The notes under the pieces were generated by a model. The model had not been told where the DNA came from. It saw only the letters and a program-made list of their open reading frames with translations, and made no database searches. A stretch of 64,000 nucleotides of DNA. Source: Candidatus Poribacteria bacterium (GTDB lineage Bacteria > Poribacteria > WGA-4E > WGA-3G). Shown one piece after another: positions 1-9,560 of this stretch (its first letter is position 1; every line of letters begins with the position of its first letter). The translations under genes were made by a program, and so were the position numbers. The stretch is taken from the NCBI GenBank assembly GCA_964291315.2, contig OZ219753.1, forward strand, positions 2,208,001 to 2,272,000, read 5' to 3'.

Positions 1-882
1 GGTTTTTGTGAAAACGTCAACACGAATGTATCCTTCGTTGAGGGAAGTATTCTCGACATTTCGCTGATAAATCAACTCTGTGAGGAACATCAATTCGACT
101 ATATCTATCACCTTGCCGCCTATGCAGCGGAAGGGTTGAGCCACTTTATCAAGCGATTTAACTATCAGAACAATCTCATCGGAAGCGTAAATCTCATCAA
201 TGCGGCGGTGAACTACGGTGTTAAACGGTTTGTGTTCACTTCCTCTATCGCCGTTTACGGAGCGAACCAGCTCCCGATGCATGAGGGGCTCACGCCGATG
301 CCTGAAGATCCGTACGGCATTGCCAAGTATGCAGTTGAACAAGAGCTGGCAGTTTCCAAACGCCTTTTCGGTCTCGAATATACTGTATTTCGCCCGCATA
401 ATGTCTACGGTGAACTTCAGAACATAAGCGACAAGTACCGAAATGTTATTGGCATTTTCATGAACAAAATCATGCGGGGCGAACCACTGCTCATTTTTGG
501 CGATGGGGAACAGACGCGTGCGTTCACTCACATCGCCGATGTCGCGCCTCACATCGCCCGGTGTGTTGATATAACAGAAGCCTCGGGCGAGATTTTCAAC
601 GTTGGTTCAGACAAACCTGTCACGGTAAACGAGCTCGCGGATTTTGTGATGACTGCGATGGAAAAGGAAGTACAGGTAAAATATCTTCCAGAGAGAGAAG
701 AGGTGAAACACGCCTATTGTTCACACGAAAAATTCCACAACGTTTTCGGGACAACCTCTGAAGTTTCACTAACAGAAGGTTTGAGTAGAATGGCGGCGTG
801 GGCAAAATCTGTCGGCCCCCGGGCCTCGAGTCTATTCGCTGACATCGAGATCCGTAAAAACCTGCCCGAGGGGTGGAAGTAG
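1..882 (+). CDS. NAD-dependent nucleotide-sugar epimerase/dehydratase, 5'-truncated by the window edge
   Basis: The frame is open from base 1 (GFCENV...YHLAAYAAEGLSHF). It carries extended-SDR motifs TSSIAVYG, YGIAK (YxxxK), RPHNVYG and GDGEQTRAF. Confidence 0.9.
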   Translation, partial: GFCENVNTNVSFVEGSILDISLINQLCEEHQFDYIYHLAAYAAEGLSHFIKRFNYQNNLIGSVNLINAAVNYGVKRFVFTSSIAVYGANQLPMHEGLTPMPEDPYGIAKYAVEQELAVSKRLFGLEYTVFRPHNVYGELQNISDKYRNVIGIFMNKIMRGEPLLIFGDGEQTRAFTHIADVAPHIARCVDITEASGEIFNVGSDKPVTVNELADFVMTAMEKEVQVKYLPEREEVKHAYCSHEKFHNVFGTTSEVSLTEGLSRMAAWAKSVGPRASSLFADIEIRKNLPEGWK

Positions 883-977
883 ATTTTGAAGGACTGTTGC
901 CGTTAAACGGCCAGCAAATTGCTAACAACTAGCTGTGAGTACAATAGATATTGCAGATCGGAACCGATCATTAAACA

Positions 978-2279
978 ATGGTCAAAAAACTTCTACAGTA
1001 CAAGACGTTTTGGGTAATGCTGATTACGTTGGTGGGTATGGGACTGAGCCTCCTTGTTCGTGTGATACTGATTCCGAAAAGGTTCGGTTTCAGTAACACT
1101 GCAGACGCGCTCACGACAGCTCTGACGGTTGTCCTGGTTGTTGATACGATTCTCCGAGAAGGGGTGAAATTTAGTCTCGTTCCGTTGTTCATCACGCGTG
1201 AAAAGGAGATGACTCGCGCAGAATATCAACATTTCACAAATAGCCTTCTGTTCTCCGCGCTCGGTATCGGTTTCGGGATCTTCGTCCTAATCGAATTTTC
1301 TGCGCCCTGGATAGCCCGTGTAGCTTTGTCTAAGTCGACTATTGATGTCCAAAGTGTGACGGTTCTATTGCGCCTCTGTGCACCGCTCCTTATTTTCGGG
1401 TGTGGTAGCACGGTCTTGGGGGCATTTCTGAACAGTCGACAACATTTTAAAACGGTCGCTCTCCGCAACGCGCTGCCTGCTGGCAGTGCAGCAGGCATAT
1501 TTGTACTCCTATGGCGCACCGAAAACCTTGAAAACTGGATTGCGATGGCGTACACAGGCGGCTTTGCTGCGTACTTCGTGTGGTTGTGCATCGGAACGGC
1601 CCGAACGGGACATCGGTACGCGCTGACGGGTTTCTCTATAGACACGCTGCGCGCTTTAAAGAGTACAGTCACCTTACCAACACTCGGTTTTGCGATTAGA
1701 CAAATCATCAATCGTCTATTGGTCGAGATATACTTCGTCTCACAGCTGGGAGAGGGGGTTATTACGCTCTATAAAAGCGCTTTCCAGATATTCTCAGCGT
1801 TACAAACATTCATCGGTATCAGTATTGCAACAACAGGCTTACCCGATATGGCGACAGACGAGGCTGCAAATGATAGGCAGAAATTAGGGCGCACGCTCAA
1901 CCGAAATGTACGTACTGCAATCATCATCGGAGTGCCGGTAACAGTAATCTTATTGATATTTCACGAAAAGATCAGCTGGATTTTGTACGGGAGAGGTACA
2001 GCTGTAGGCCAAATCCTCTTTTGGCTGAACACGGGCTTAATATTTTCATGCCTGATACCTGTGTTGAACGCAGGACTCTACGCGCAAAAGGCGTATCGAT
2101 CCGTTTTCGCAAATATGGTAGCGATGGCTCTGCTCAATTTCGTAGTAGCGTATGGGTTGATCAACATATGGCAGCTCTCAGGGGTAGCCCTTGCTGTATC
2201 AATCACAGCATTTCTCGCTGTCGTGAATCTGACATATCTGCTCCGAAAGAGACAGGTTTCTTGGTTTTGGAAGCAATGA
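978..2279 (+). CDS. MurJ/MviN-like (MOP family) lipid-linked polysaccharide flippase
   Basis: 433 aa with about 12 hydrophobic segments and MviN-like motifs (FGFSNTADA, SLVPLF, GISIATTGLP). It lies inside a polysaccharide cluster. Confidence 0.75.
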   Translation: MVKKLLQYKTFWVMLITLVGMGLSLLVRVILIPKRFGFSNTADALTTALTVVLVVDTILREGVKFSLVPLFITREKEMTRAEYQHFTNSLLFSALGIGFGIFVLIEFSAPWIARVALSKSTIDVQSVTVLLRLCAPLLIFGCGSTVLGAFLNSRQHFKTVALRNALPAGSAAGIFVLLWRTENLENWIAMAYTGGFAAYFVWLCIGTARTGHRYALTGFSIDTLRALKSTVTLPTLGFAIRQIINRLLVEIYFVSQLGEGVITLYKSAFQIFSALQTFIGISIATTGLPDMATDEAANDRQKLGRTLNRNVRTAIIIGVPVTVILLIFHEKISWILYGRGTAVGQILFWLNTGLIFSCLIPVLNAGLYAQKAYRSVFANMVAMALLNFVVAYGLINIWQLSGVALAVSITAFLAVVNLTYLLRKRQVSWFWKQ

Positions 2280-3235
2280 AAACGAAAATGAAGATAAAAA
2301 ATGTTGCGGATTATCACTATCTGATTGTTGGCGGCACCACGAAGGCGGCAACAACGTCTCTATTTACCTATCTTGCCGACCATCCTGCTATTTGCGCTGC
2401 CACTTACAAGGAGACTCGTTTTTTCCTCAGCATCGACTATCCGCTCCCTTCAAAATATCGCTACAGAGAGGATGAGCGAAGCGCGAACATGGAAGAATAC
2501 GATCAATTATTTTCCAGCCGTGATGAAAAGCAGCTAAGGGTTGAATCAACACCAGATTACCTATATTGCGACAAGGCGCGTGAAAGAATAGCAGCCTCAC
2601 TCCCATATGTAAGGTTAGTTTTCAGTCTTCGTGAACCTATATCGAGATTAATGTCGTGGTATCGCTTTGGAAAGCAAATTGGCAAACTGCCACAAACCCT
2701 AAGCTTCGAGGCTTACGTCGATCTGCTGTTTGCTCCTGGGCAGCACCAAGAACAGTACTTGCAAACACTCCAGCAAGGCTGCTATACTGTCTATTTAAAA
2801 CCTTATTTTAATCTATTCGGTCCGGAGCGGATTCACATTCTGTTTTATGAGGAATTGGCAGCGCAACCGTTGAAGGTTATCACAGATGTGTGCAAGTTCG
2901 CTGGGATAGATACCGATTTTTATAATGACTATGTCTTTAAGGTAACAAACCGTTCCGAAAACATGAAAAACGCCGAGCTACATCGGAAATATAGAGATTT
3001 TCGATTCCGGCTGCGACAGTGGACACACAACAAACCTATTGTGCATAGACCGCTGCGGACAATCAGAAAGACAATTGAACCGCTCTATCTCCGTCTAAAC
3101 ACGCAACCTGCTAAGAAAATTCAGGTATCAGAAGAGACACAACGCCGTTTAACCGACTATTACAAATCTGATGTTTATTCCCTCAGCGAATTAATTGGAA
3201 AGCCCTTACCCTGGTCTTTAAACGACTGTGCCTGA
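2276..3235 (+). CDS. PAPS-dependent sulfotransferase
   Basis: 5'-PSB motif IVGGTTKAATTSL..L..HP, ESTPDYL and 3'-PB motif LREPISRLMSW. The start is placed at the ATGA overlap with the flippase stop (2276) rather than TTG 2021. Confidence 0.88.
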   Translation: MKTKMKIKNVADYHYLIVGGTTKAATTSLFTYLADHPAICAATYKETRFFLSIDYPLPSKYRYREDERSANMEEYDQLFSSRDEKQLRVESTPDYLYCDKARERIAASLPYVRLVFSLREPISRLMSWYRFGKQIGKLPQTLSFEAYVDLLFAPGQHQEQYLQTLQQGCYTVYLKPYFNLFGPERIHILFYEELAAQPLKVITDVCKFAGIDTDFYNDYVFKVTNRSENMKNAELHRKYRDFRFRLRQWTHNKPIVHRPLRTIRKTIEPLYLRLNTQPAKKIQVSEETQRRLTDYYKSDVYSLSELIGKPLPWSLNDCA

Positions 3236-3362
3236 GCAGCTGCACCAGCTGTTCTTACAGTTCTCTGATTCTTAAGAGGCGGTTTGAAACCTAAACTGGA
3301 TCCGTTTCTAATTTTATACCAAGGGTCAGCTGTCAACCTCTATCAGGACTTATTGGAAAGTT

Positions 3363-4283
3363 ATGATAAAAAAAATTCAACTCATGATTGTTGGCGTACA
3401 AAAGTCTGCGACATCCTCGCTACTGCGTTACTTGGCGCAACATCCAGATATCCACACACATGCGCAGTCAGAGATGACCTTTTTTCTTCAAGACAGCGAG
3501 TATACACGAGGATATGAATGGGCTTTCGCAAAGTACTTCGCCACAGAATGTTCTCACGATCAAATTAAAGAGAAACGACTCATCGCTAAAAATGTGATGG
3601 TGATGCATTCAGCGGAAGTTATGCAGCGGATCCATGCCCACAATCCTGATATACATCTCGTTGTCCTCTTACGGGAACCTGTCGCCCGTGCTTATTCCGC
3701 CTATTGGTGGGCTCGGAGGAGAGGCTGGGAAAACATTAAAACTTACGAAGAGGCACTCGCCGCTGAGGCAGCGCGCTTGAACGAAGACAGGTTTAAATGG
3801 CGCCAGTGCGCTTATCAGTACAATAGCACCTACTACCCACACGTCAAAAATCTGATAGATCAATTTGGTCGAGACCGCTTCCACTGCTTATTAACCGACG
3901 ATTTGAAGGAAAACGCCAATAGTATCTGCCAAAACCTCTTTAACCACATCGGTATACGTGCCGACTTTCAACCTTCAATAGACGAACGTCATAACCAAGC
4001 GACACCGCCGCGTTCCGAACGGTTTAATTTTCTCTTTACGCAATTTCTTGCGTCCCACAATCCGCTGAGAAGAGCGATCAGAAAACTTGTACCGGACACC
4101 ACTGCTTATAAACTCAGAAAAGCCGTCCTCGACTGGAATGAGAAACCTCAGAAGAATACGAATTGGACACCACCGCCGATCGATCCACAGACGCGTGAAC
4201 GGCAGGTGGCATACTTCAAACCGTTTAACGAACAGTTAGCTGAATTACTAGACAGAAATCTTTCCGCGTGGTGGAGCGATTAG
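3363..4283 (+). CDS. PAPS-dependent sulfotransferase
   Basis: IVGVQKSATSSL..L..HP and LLREPVARAYS motifs, plus a C-terminal YFKPFNEQLAELL segment typical of the heparan-sulfate-sulfotransferase-like fold. Confidence 0.9.
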   Translation: MIKKIQLMIVGVQKSATSSLLRYLAQHPDIHTHAQSEMTFFLQDSEYTRGYEWAFAKYFATECSHDQIKEKRLIAKNVMVMHSAEVMQRIHAHNPDIHLVVLLREPVARAYSAYWWARRRGWENIKTYEEALAAEAARLNEDRFKWRQCAYQYNSTYYPHVKNLIDQFGRDRFHCLLTDDLKENANSICQNLFNHIGIRADFQPSIDERHNQATPPRSERFNFLFTQFLASHNPLRRAIRKLVPDTTAYKLRKAVLDWNEKPQKNTNWTPPPIDPQTRERQVAYFKPFNEQLAELLDRNLSAWWSD

Positions 4284-4361
4284 CTGTCGGTTATCAGCAC
4301 AGTGATCATTGTGGCGGTTGCTAATGTCGGTAAATACTACAACGCTTAACTGAAAACTGAC
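4281..4361. repeat. Heptamer-ended intergenic element (short copy)
   Basis: Left end TAGCTGTCGGTTATCAGC and right end GCTTAACTGAAAACTGAC are imperfect inverted ends shared with the 62320 copy. Confidence 0.5.
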
Positions 4362-4373
4362 CCCGCATAAAAT

Positions 4374-5735
4374 ATGGTTTACTTTTTGACAGGATATGTT
4401 GCCTTTGAAGAGTTTGTACTGAAGTTTCTACCGGTGAGTGATGCTGTCTACTCCTATTTAAGATTCTTCGGCGAGATACTCATCTATGTAGCTTTCGGGA
4501 AACTCGTTATCCATAAACTCTACAGAGGTATTCCTTTTGTCAAAACAACAATAGACTTACCCATTATTGGTTTTTACAGTGTTGTGCTGCTCTCTATGTT
4601 AGTCAACAGGTCGCCTTTGATAGGGAGTCTTTACAATATCCGTCCATTTGCGCGATATATCATTCTTTTTTATCTAGTCGCGAATTCTAACCTGTCGGAA
4701 AGGCGAATTACGACTTTTTTGCGCATAATTCTCGGTGTCGGCATCTTCCAAATCGCGGCAGGTATTATTCAGTGGGCAGGTGGTCCCGCGGCATTTGATT
4801 TTTTCTTGCCGCGCGAATCCGTACTCAGCATAGGCGGATTTACAAAGGAATATAGATTGCTTGAACTCGGCAGGGAAATTGGAAGCGTCTACGGTACTTT
4901 AGGCGATACGGTGATCTACGGTGTTTTCATGATCCTCGTCCTTGTCGTCTATCTATCACGGATTAGACGATTGGAATATCTGAATCTGCTGGGCGCAGCA
5001 ATCCTATTTTTCTTCATCGCCCGTTCATATTCGCGTGCTGCTACTTTTTCAGCACTCCTTGCGGGTGGTGCATGGTACTACTTCCACCACGGTTGGAGAA
5101 AGACACTTCAGTTAGCATTCGCAACCGTTCTAATCTTTGGAATCCTTCTGGCAATAGCGAACCCATTCAACCTTGAGTACATAAACCCTCGTAAAGTAAA
5201 GGTTGGGCTCATCGGTAACGTCACAGGCGTATTTTCCGGTTCTTACGTCCGGGTGGCGCAGAAACAGCGGCTCGGTGCTTTAATCGGAAATGTTCCCACA
5301 GTCCTTGTGAATAAACCGATCTTAGGCTACGGTGCCGACCAGAATACGACTATCGAAAGCCTGAACTCCAGCCAACGTTCTTTCCTTCTGAAAATACTGA
5401 GTAAGAACGGCTTCAAGGATGTCTACTGGGTCGCGATTCTCTGCTTCTACGGCTTATTGGGTTTAGGTTTTTTCGCTTTAATATTTTACCGGCTTTTTCG
5501 ATCTGCCCTGAACCTTTATAAAAAATCCGTTGGTACATCAGTCACTGTGCCGCGAGTGACTCAGCAGATTGCGATCATCATGCTTTGCCTCGTTACTGTT
5601 ACTGTATTCCTACTTTTCTTTAATCGGACCCTTGAATTTCGAGGATATGGATTCTATTTCTGGCTTTGCGCCGGTCTCATGTTCGCCAGCGATAGATCAC
5701 TCCCAACCTACAGACCGCTGAGGATAACGTTATGA
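4374..5735 (+). CDS. O-antigen ligase/Wzy-like polysaccharide polymerase
   Basis: Polytopic membrane protein with SYSRAA, PILGYG and YGLLG motifs typical of the Wzy_C family, in polysaccharide-cluster context. Confidence 0.75.
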   Translation: MVYFLTGYVAFEEFVLKFLPVSDAVYSYLRFFGEILIYVAFGKLVIHKLYRGIPFVKTTIDLPIIGFYSVVLLSMLVNRSPLIGSLYNIRPFARYIILFYLVANSNLSERRITTFLRIILGVGIFQIAAGIIQWAGGPAAFDFFLPRESVLSIGGFTKEYRLLELGREIGSVYGTLGDTVIYGVFMILVLVVYLSRIRRLEYLNLLGAAILFFFIARSYSRAATFSALLAGGAWYYFHHGWRKTLQLAFATVLIFGILLAIANPFNLEYINPRKVKVGLIGNVTGVFSGSYVRVAQKQRLGALIGNVPTVLVNKPILGYGADQNTTIESLNSSQRSFLLKILSKNGFKDVYWVAILCFYGLLGLGFFALIFYRLFRSALNLYKKSVGTSVTVPRVTQQIAIIMLCLVTVTVFLLFFNRTLEFRGYGFYFWLCAGLMFASDRSLPTYRPLRITL

Positions 5736-7396
5736 GAACTATTTTAATGACTGTCGGTTTTAGCGTCGTCGGCAATCAACAATCAACAGTCGGTAGCTCT
5801 TGCTGGACACTAGAACTGTATAGCCTTTATAAAAGGCTATCGATAATAGCCGTTGTGATTATCATGTTTTCAAACATCGGTTGTCGAGAGGAAGCACCCT
5901 CCCCGGAAGCGATCCGTTTGGAAATTGACACTCGTAACGCGCAACCGCTTCGGCACGCGCTTCACGGGTTTAATACAAACATGATGAGCGGCGATTATGG
6001 TTACCTTGATGCCGAGTTTGTCGATTTAACCAAAGCACTCGATCCGAGGACCTTACGATTTCCCGGTGGCACTGTCGGAAACTTCTACCATTGGAAAGCG
6101 AGCGGTTTTTTTGAGAGTGAAATGAACTCAACACTTAATCTAAAACTTAATAAACGGAACAGAAATAATTACGTTAAACTTCAGAAACGAAGGAACGGCA
6201 GAATTGCTTTCGACGACTTCATGCAGTTGTGTGATACGCTAGACATAACGCCCGTTGTTGTTGTGAATCTATGGACCGGGAGTCCAGAAGAGAGCGCAGC
6301 GTGGGTTGCCTATGCTAAACGCAAGGGGTATCAAATTACACATTGGGAACTCGGGAATGAGTACTACTTGCCCCACTACCTCAACAAATATCAGACGGTT
6401 AAAAACTACATCGCAGAAGCCAAAAAACATGGTGCAGCGATGAAAGCCGTTAATCCCGACATAAAAGTATCTGTCTGTGCCACTCCGCTCGGCTTCCACA
6501 AAGAAGGGTGGCTGACAAAAAGACAGCAACGGGCATGGGATGAAGGGCTTGCAGCAGATAGCAGTTTTTTCGACGCTTACACTGTCCACGCTTATGCTTA
6601 CAAAGCGGCCCAAAAAAAAGAGATAGACGAGATGCGATGCTATCTCATGGGATGGATCCACTTCGGGGTCGCGGAGGCACTTGACTACTATCAGAAGTTA
6701 TTTCCTGATAAAGAGATGTGGATAACGGAATGGAATATCGCTAATCCGGCGAACCGAGTTGCGAATACACAACTCCACGCAATGTACGTTGGTGATTTTT
6801 TTCTCAAAATGCTAACGATACCTAATATCACACAAGCAAATTTCCATGTGATTGCGGGGCCCGGTAAAGGATTTCCAGCATTTTCTCCAATAACGCCTCC
6901 AACCCGCGGAACCTTCTGGAAATACGGAGGTGAACCGAAATCGGATTTCGGTAACAACATCCGGCGTGCTGTCTATCCTGCTTTTCAGCTCATTGGTGAA
7001 GCATTCGCGCAGGCAGACACGCAGCTCACAGTGTCAATCCAAAACCCGCCGAGCCTCGAAGGGGCTATCACGTACGCCACGAAACTACTGCCCGGCATTC
7101 AGGCACAAGCCGTCGGTAAGAAAAACGAGTCGAACGGCATCGAAAACCTTACTACCTTCATCAGCAATCGCACAAGTGAACAACATACCCTACAAATCGT
7201 GATTGATGGTGAACATTACACAGGTGATGCCACCTATCGTTACGTCGCCAATGAAAAACTCCAAGCAACAAATGGCGGTAACGCTGAAATGGCAGGGTCC
7301 GGAGACATCGAAGTCCGTATTGAAGAATGGTCGGGCAAAGCGACGGACTTTGTTATTCCTAAGAACAGCTTCGGCATTTTAAAAATAAAAAATTGA
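5732..7396 (+). CDS. Clan GH-A glycoside hydrolase (GH51/GH79/GH44-like), probable lipoprotein
   Basis: LRFPGG motif, WELGNE (acid/base) and ITEWN (nucleophile). A hydrophobic stretch ends in NIGC (lipobox-like). ATGA overlap with the upstream gene; the true start may be further downstream. Confidence 0.8.
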   Translation: MRTILMTVGFSVVGNQQSTVGSSCWTLELYSLYKRLSIIAVVIIMFSNIGCREEAPSPEAIRLEIDTRNAQPLRHALHGFNTNMMSGDYGYLDAEFVDLTKALDPRTLRFPGGTVGNFYHWKASGFFESEMNSTLNLKLNKRNRNNYVKLQKRRNGRIAFDDFMQLCDTLDITPVVVVNLWTGSPEESAAWVAYAKRKGYQITHWELGNEYYLPHYLNKYQTVKNYIAEAKKHGAAMKAVNPDIKVSVCATPLGFHKEGWLTKRQQRAWDEGLAADSSFFDAYTVHAYAYKAAQKKEIDEMRCYLMGWIHFGVAEALDYYQKLFPDKEMWITEWNIANPANRVANTQLHAMYVGDFFLKMLTIPNITQANFHVIAGPGKGFPAFSPITPPTRGTFWKYGGEPKSDFGNNIRRAVYPAFQLIGEAFAQADTQLTVSIQNPPSLEGAITYATKLLPGIQAQAVGKKNESNGIENLTTFISNRTSEQHTLQIVIDGEHYTGDATYRYVANEKLQATNGGNAEMAGSGDIEVRIEEWSGKATDFVIPKNSFGILKIKN

Positions 7397-7425
7397 GGAA
7401 CAGCAATTAGCTGAGAATTACTAAA

Positions 7426-8421
7426 ATGATATTTGTTGTCGGTAACAGCCGTAGTGGCACAACAATGATGGGACGGATTTTAGGGAAGCACCGGGACGTT
7501 TATACCTTTGGTGAACTCCATTTCTTTGGACAATTATGTGCCCCTCCGTTTTCATCTGAGATACCTAGAGCAAATGTGTCAAAGCTCGCTGCATCACTCT
7601 ACTGTGTGCAGCGCGAAGGTTACCGTACGCATGGAAACCCTCGCAGTTTTCTAAAAGAGGCGGAGGCGTTTCTGGACGGTTTAGCTGCATATCCTGAAAC
7701 ACCAGCACAGCTCTTCTCAGCGTTTCTCCAGCATGAAACAACGGAAAAGGGTAAAACCCTCCCGTGTGATCAGACACCCCGTAATGTGTTTTATCTTACG
7801 GATATCCTAGAATTGTATCCGGAAGCACGAATTATTAACATGATTCGGGATCCGCGCGATGTCCTATTATCCCAAAAACGGAAGTGGAAACGTCGATTCC
7901 TCGGTGGAAGCGATATGCCTATGAAAGAAACACTCCGGGATTGGATTAACTATCACCCCGTCACTATCAGTTACATCTGGCGCACTGCGGTCAACGCTGC
8001 AGATCAATTTGCGAAGCATGAACGGGTCACGTCTATCTATTTCGAGGAACTCCTTGCGCGTCCAGAAACTACAGTCAAACACGTTTGTAATTTCGTGCAT
8101 ATCTCCTACACCGATAGGATGCTCCACGTCCCACAGGTTGGATCTTCCGTTACAGAGGACAGACCACAAGAGCTCGGTATAAACCCGCAGCGAGCACACA
8201 GTTGGCAAAGCGGGGAACTCGGCTCCGCTGAAATTTATCTCAATCAGACGATAACTGCAGCACTCATGAAGAGACATAACTATAGTTCAGTCTCAGTCCA
8301 ACCTAACATTATAGCTTTGATGTTCCACTTACTGAGCTTTCCTATGAAATTAGGTGGTGCATTTCTCTTTAACCTTGACAGGATGAAAAATATTGCACAA
8401 ACCCTAAAGAGACGTTTGTGA
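7426..8421 (+). CDS. Sulfotransferase (Sulfotransfer_3-like)
   Basis: FVVGNSRSGTT, DQTPRN, MIRDPRDVLLS and YFEELLARP motifs. Confidence 0.9.
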   Translation: MIFVVGNSRSGTTMMGRILGKHRDVYTFGELHFFGQLCAPPFSSEIPRANVSKLAASLYCVQREGYRTHGNPRSFLKEAEAFLDGLAAYPETPAQLFSAFLQHETTEKGKTLPCDQTPRNVFYLTDILELYPEARIINMIRDPRDVLLSQKRKWKRRFLGGSDMPMKETLRDWINYHPVTISYIWRTAVNAADQFAKHERVTSIYFEELLARPETTVKHVCNFVHISYTDRMLHVPQVGSSVTEDRPQELGINPQRAHSWQSGELGSAEIYLNQTITAALMKRHNYSSVSVQPNIIALMFHLLSFPMKLGGAFLFNLDRMKNIAQTLKRRL

Positions 8422-8454
8422 TTTCCATAAGCGTTCTGTACACTCGACAGATAT

Positions 8455-9456
8455 ATGATTGCACAAATAAATCCGCTCTACATCCAGACACGACCAACGA
8501 AAGTTCTCACACGGCTTATGAGCTACGCTTTCTTTGAAGGCCGCCCTGTAACAACAAAGGGGCGTTGGATAAACCCGCTTGTCTTCTCTATTCTGAAAAA
8601 GGTTGCAGCAAACAGTAGTAGATACAGACCCGTTAAAAAACCTGTTTTTATTTTGGGTACTGGACGCAGTGGAACAACAATACTCGGTATCGTTCTCTCT
8701 ATGCACAGAGAGGTTGGTTACCTCAATGAACCGAAGGCGATGTGGCACCTCATTCATCCGCATGAAGACATCATCGGAAACTATAGCCGAAGTCCTGCAA
8801 AATATCACCTTACCGCTGAAGAGGCAACAGACGAAATGCGCCGGCGCGCGGCGCAGATGTTCGGGGCCTATCTGACAATAACCCGTTCAGAACGTCTCGT
8901 TGATAAATACCCAGAACTTATTTTCAGAGTAGACTTCGTACGTGCTTTATTTTCGGATGCCCGCTTCATCTTCCTTGTGAGAAACGGGTGGGATACCTGC
9001 CATTCCATCGCAACTTGGTCAAAGCGACTTGGTGTCCATGTCAACGGCGAGAAACACGACTGGTGGGGTGTCGAGGACCGGAAGTGGCTACTCCTAGTCG
9101 AACAACTGGTTAAAACGGATCCAATTTTCTCCGAAATCGCCGATGAGATTAAGCATTTTGAACGGCACCTTGACCGGGCAGCCATAGAGTGGATAGTTAC
9201 CATGCGGGAAGGGGGCCGTCTCTTGGAAACCTTTCCGGAGTGTACGCATCTCGTTCGCTTTGAGGACTTAACGGCCGAACCAGACGAAACGCTATCAGCT
9301 TTATGCGACTTCTGTGAGTTACCAGAGGATCCCACATTTCGAGAATATGCCCGACAGACATTGCATCCTGTACCAGCAAGGAAACCTTTTGATATTCATC
9401 CAGAAATCGCCCCAATTTTCTATGAAACTATGGCGGAATTGGAGTATCGCATTTAA
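8455..9456 (+). CDS. Sulfotransferase (Sulfotransfer_3-like)
   Basis: PVFILGTGRSGTT, VDKYP, LVRNGWD and RFEDL motifs. Confidence 0.9.
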   Translation: MIAQINPLYIQTRPTKVLTRLMSYAFFEGRPVTTKGRWINPLVFSILKKVAANSSRYRPVKKPVFILGTGRSGTTILGIVLSMHREVGYLNEPKAMWHLIHPHEDIIGNYSRSPAKYHLTAEEATDEMRRRAAQMFGAYLTITRSERLVDKYPELIFRVDFVRALFSDARFIFLVRNGWDTCHSIATWSKRLGVHVNGEKHDWWGVEDRKWLLLVEQLVKTDPIFSEIADEIKHFERHLDRAAIEWIVTMREGGRLLETFPECTHLVRFEDLTAEPDETLSALCDFCELPEDPTFREYARQTLHPVPARKPFDIHPEIAPIFYETMAELEYRI

Positions 9457-9560
9457 ATGAGAAACTTTGTTGTTCTTACGGATTTGGTAGAGACAGCTCA
9501 TATAAATACTTTTTATCTGTTATCCGAATGTAGGTAGAATAGGAGACTAGATTCATAAAC

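Noticed and set aside
2021-2275. Long N-terminal extension of the first sulfotransferase
   Set aside because: It overlaps the flippase gene by about 255 bp. ATGA coupling at 2276 is more plausible.
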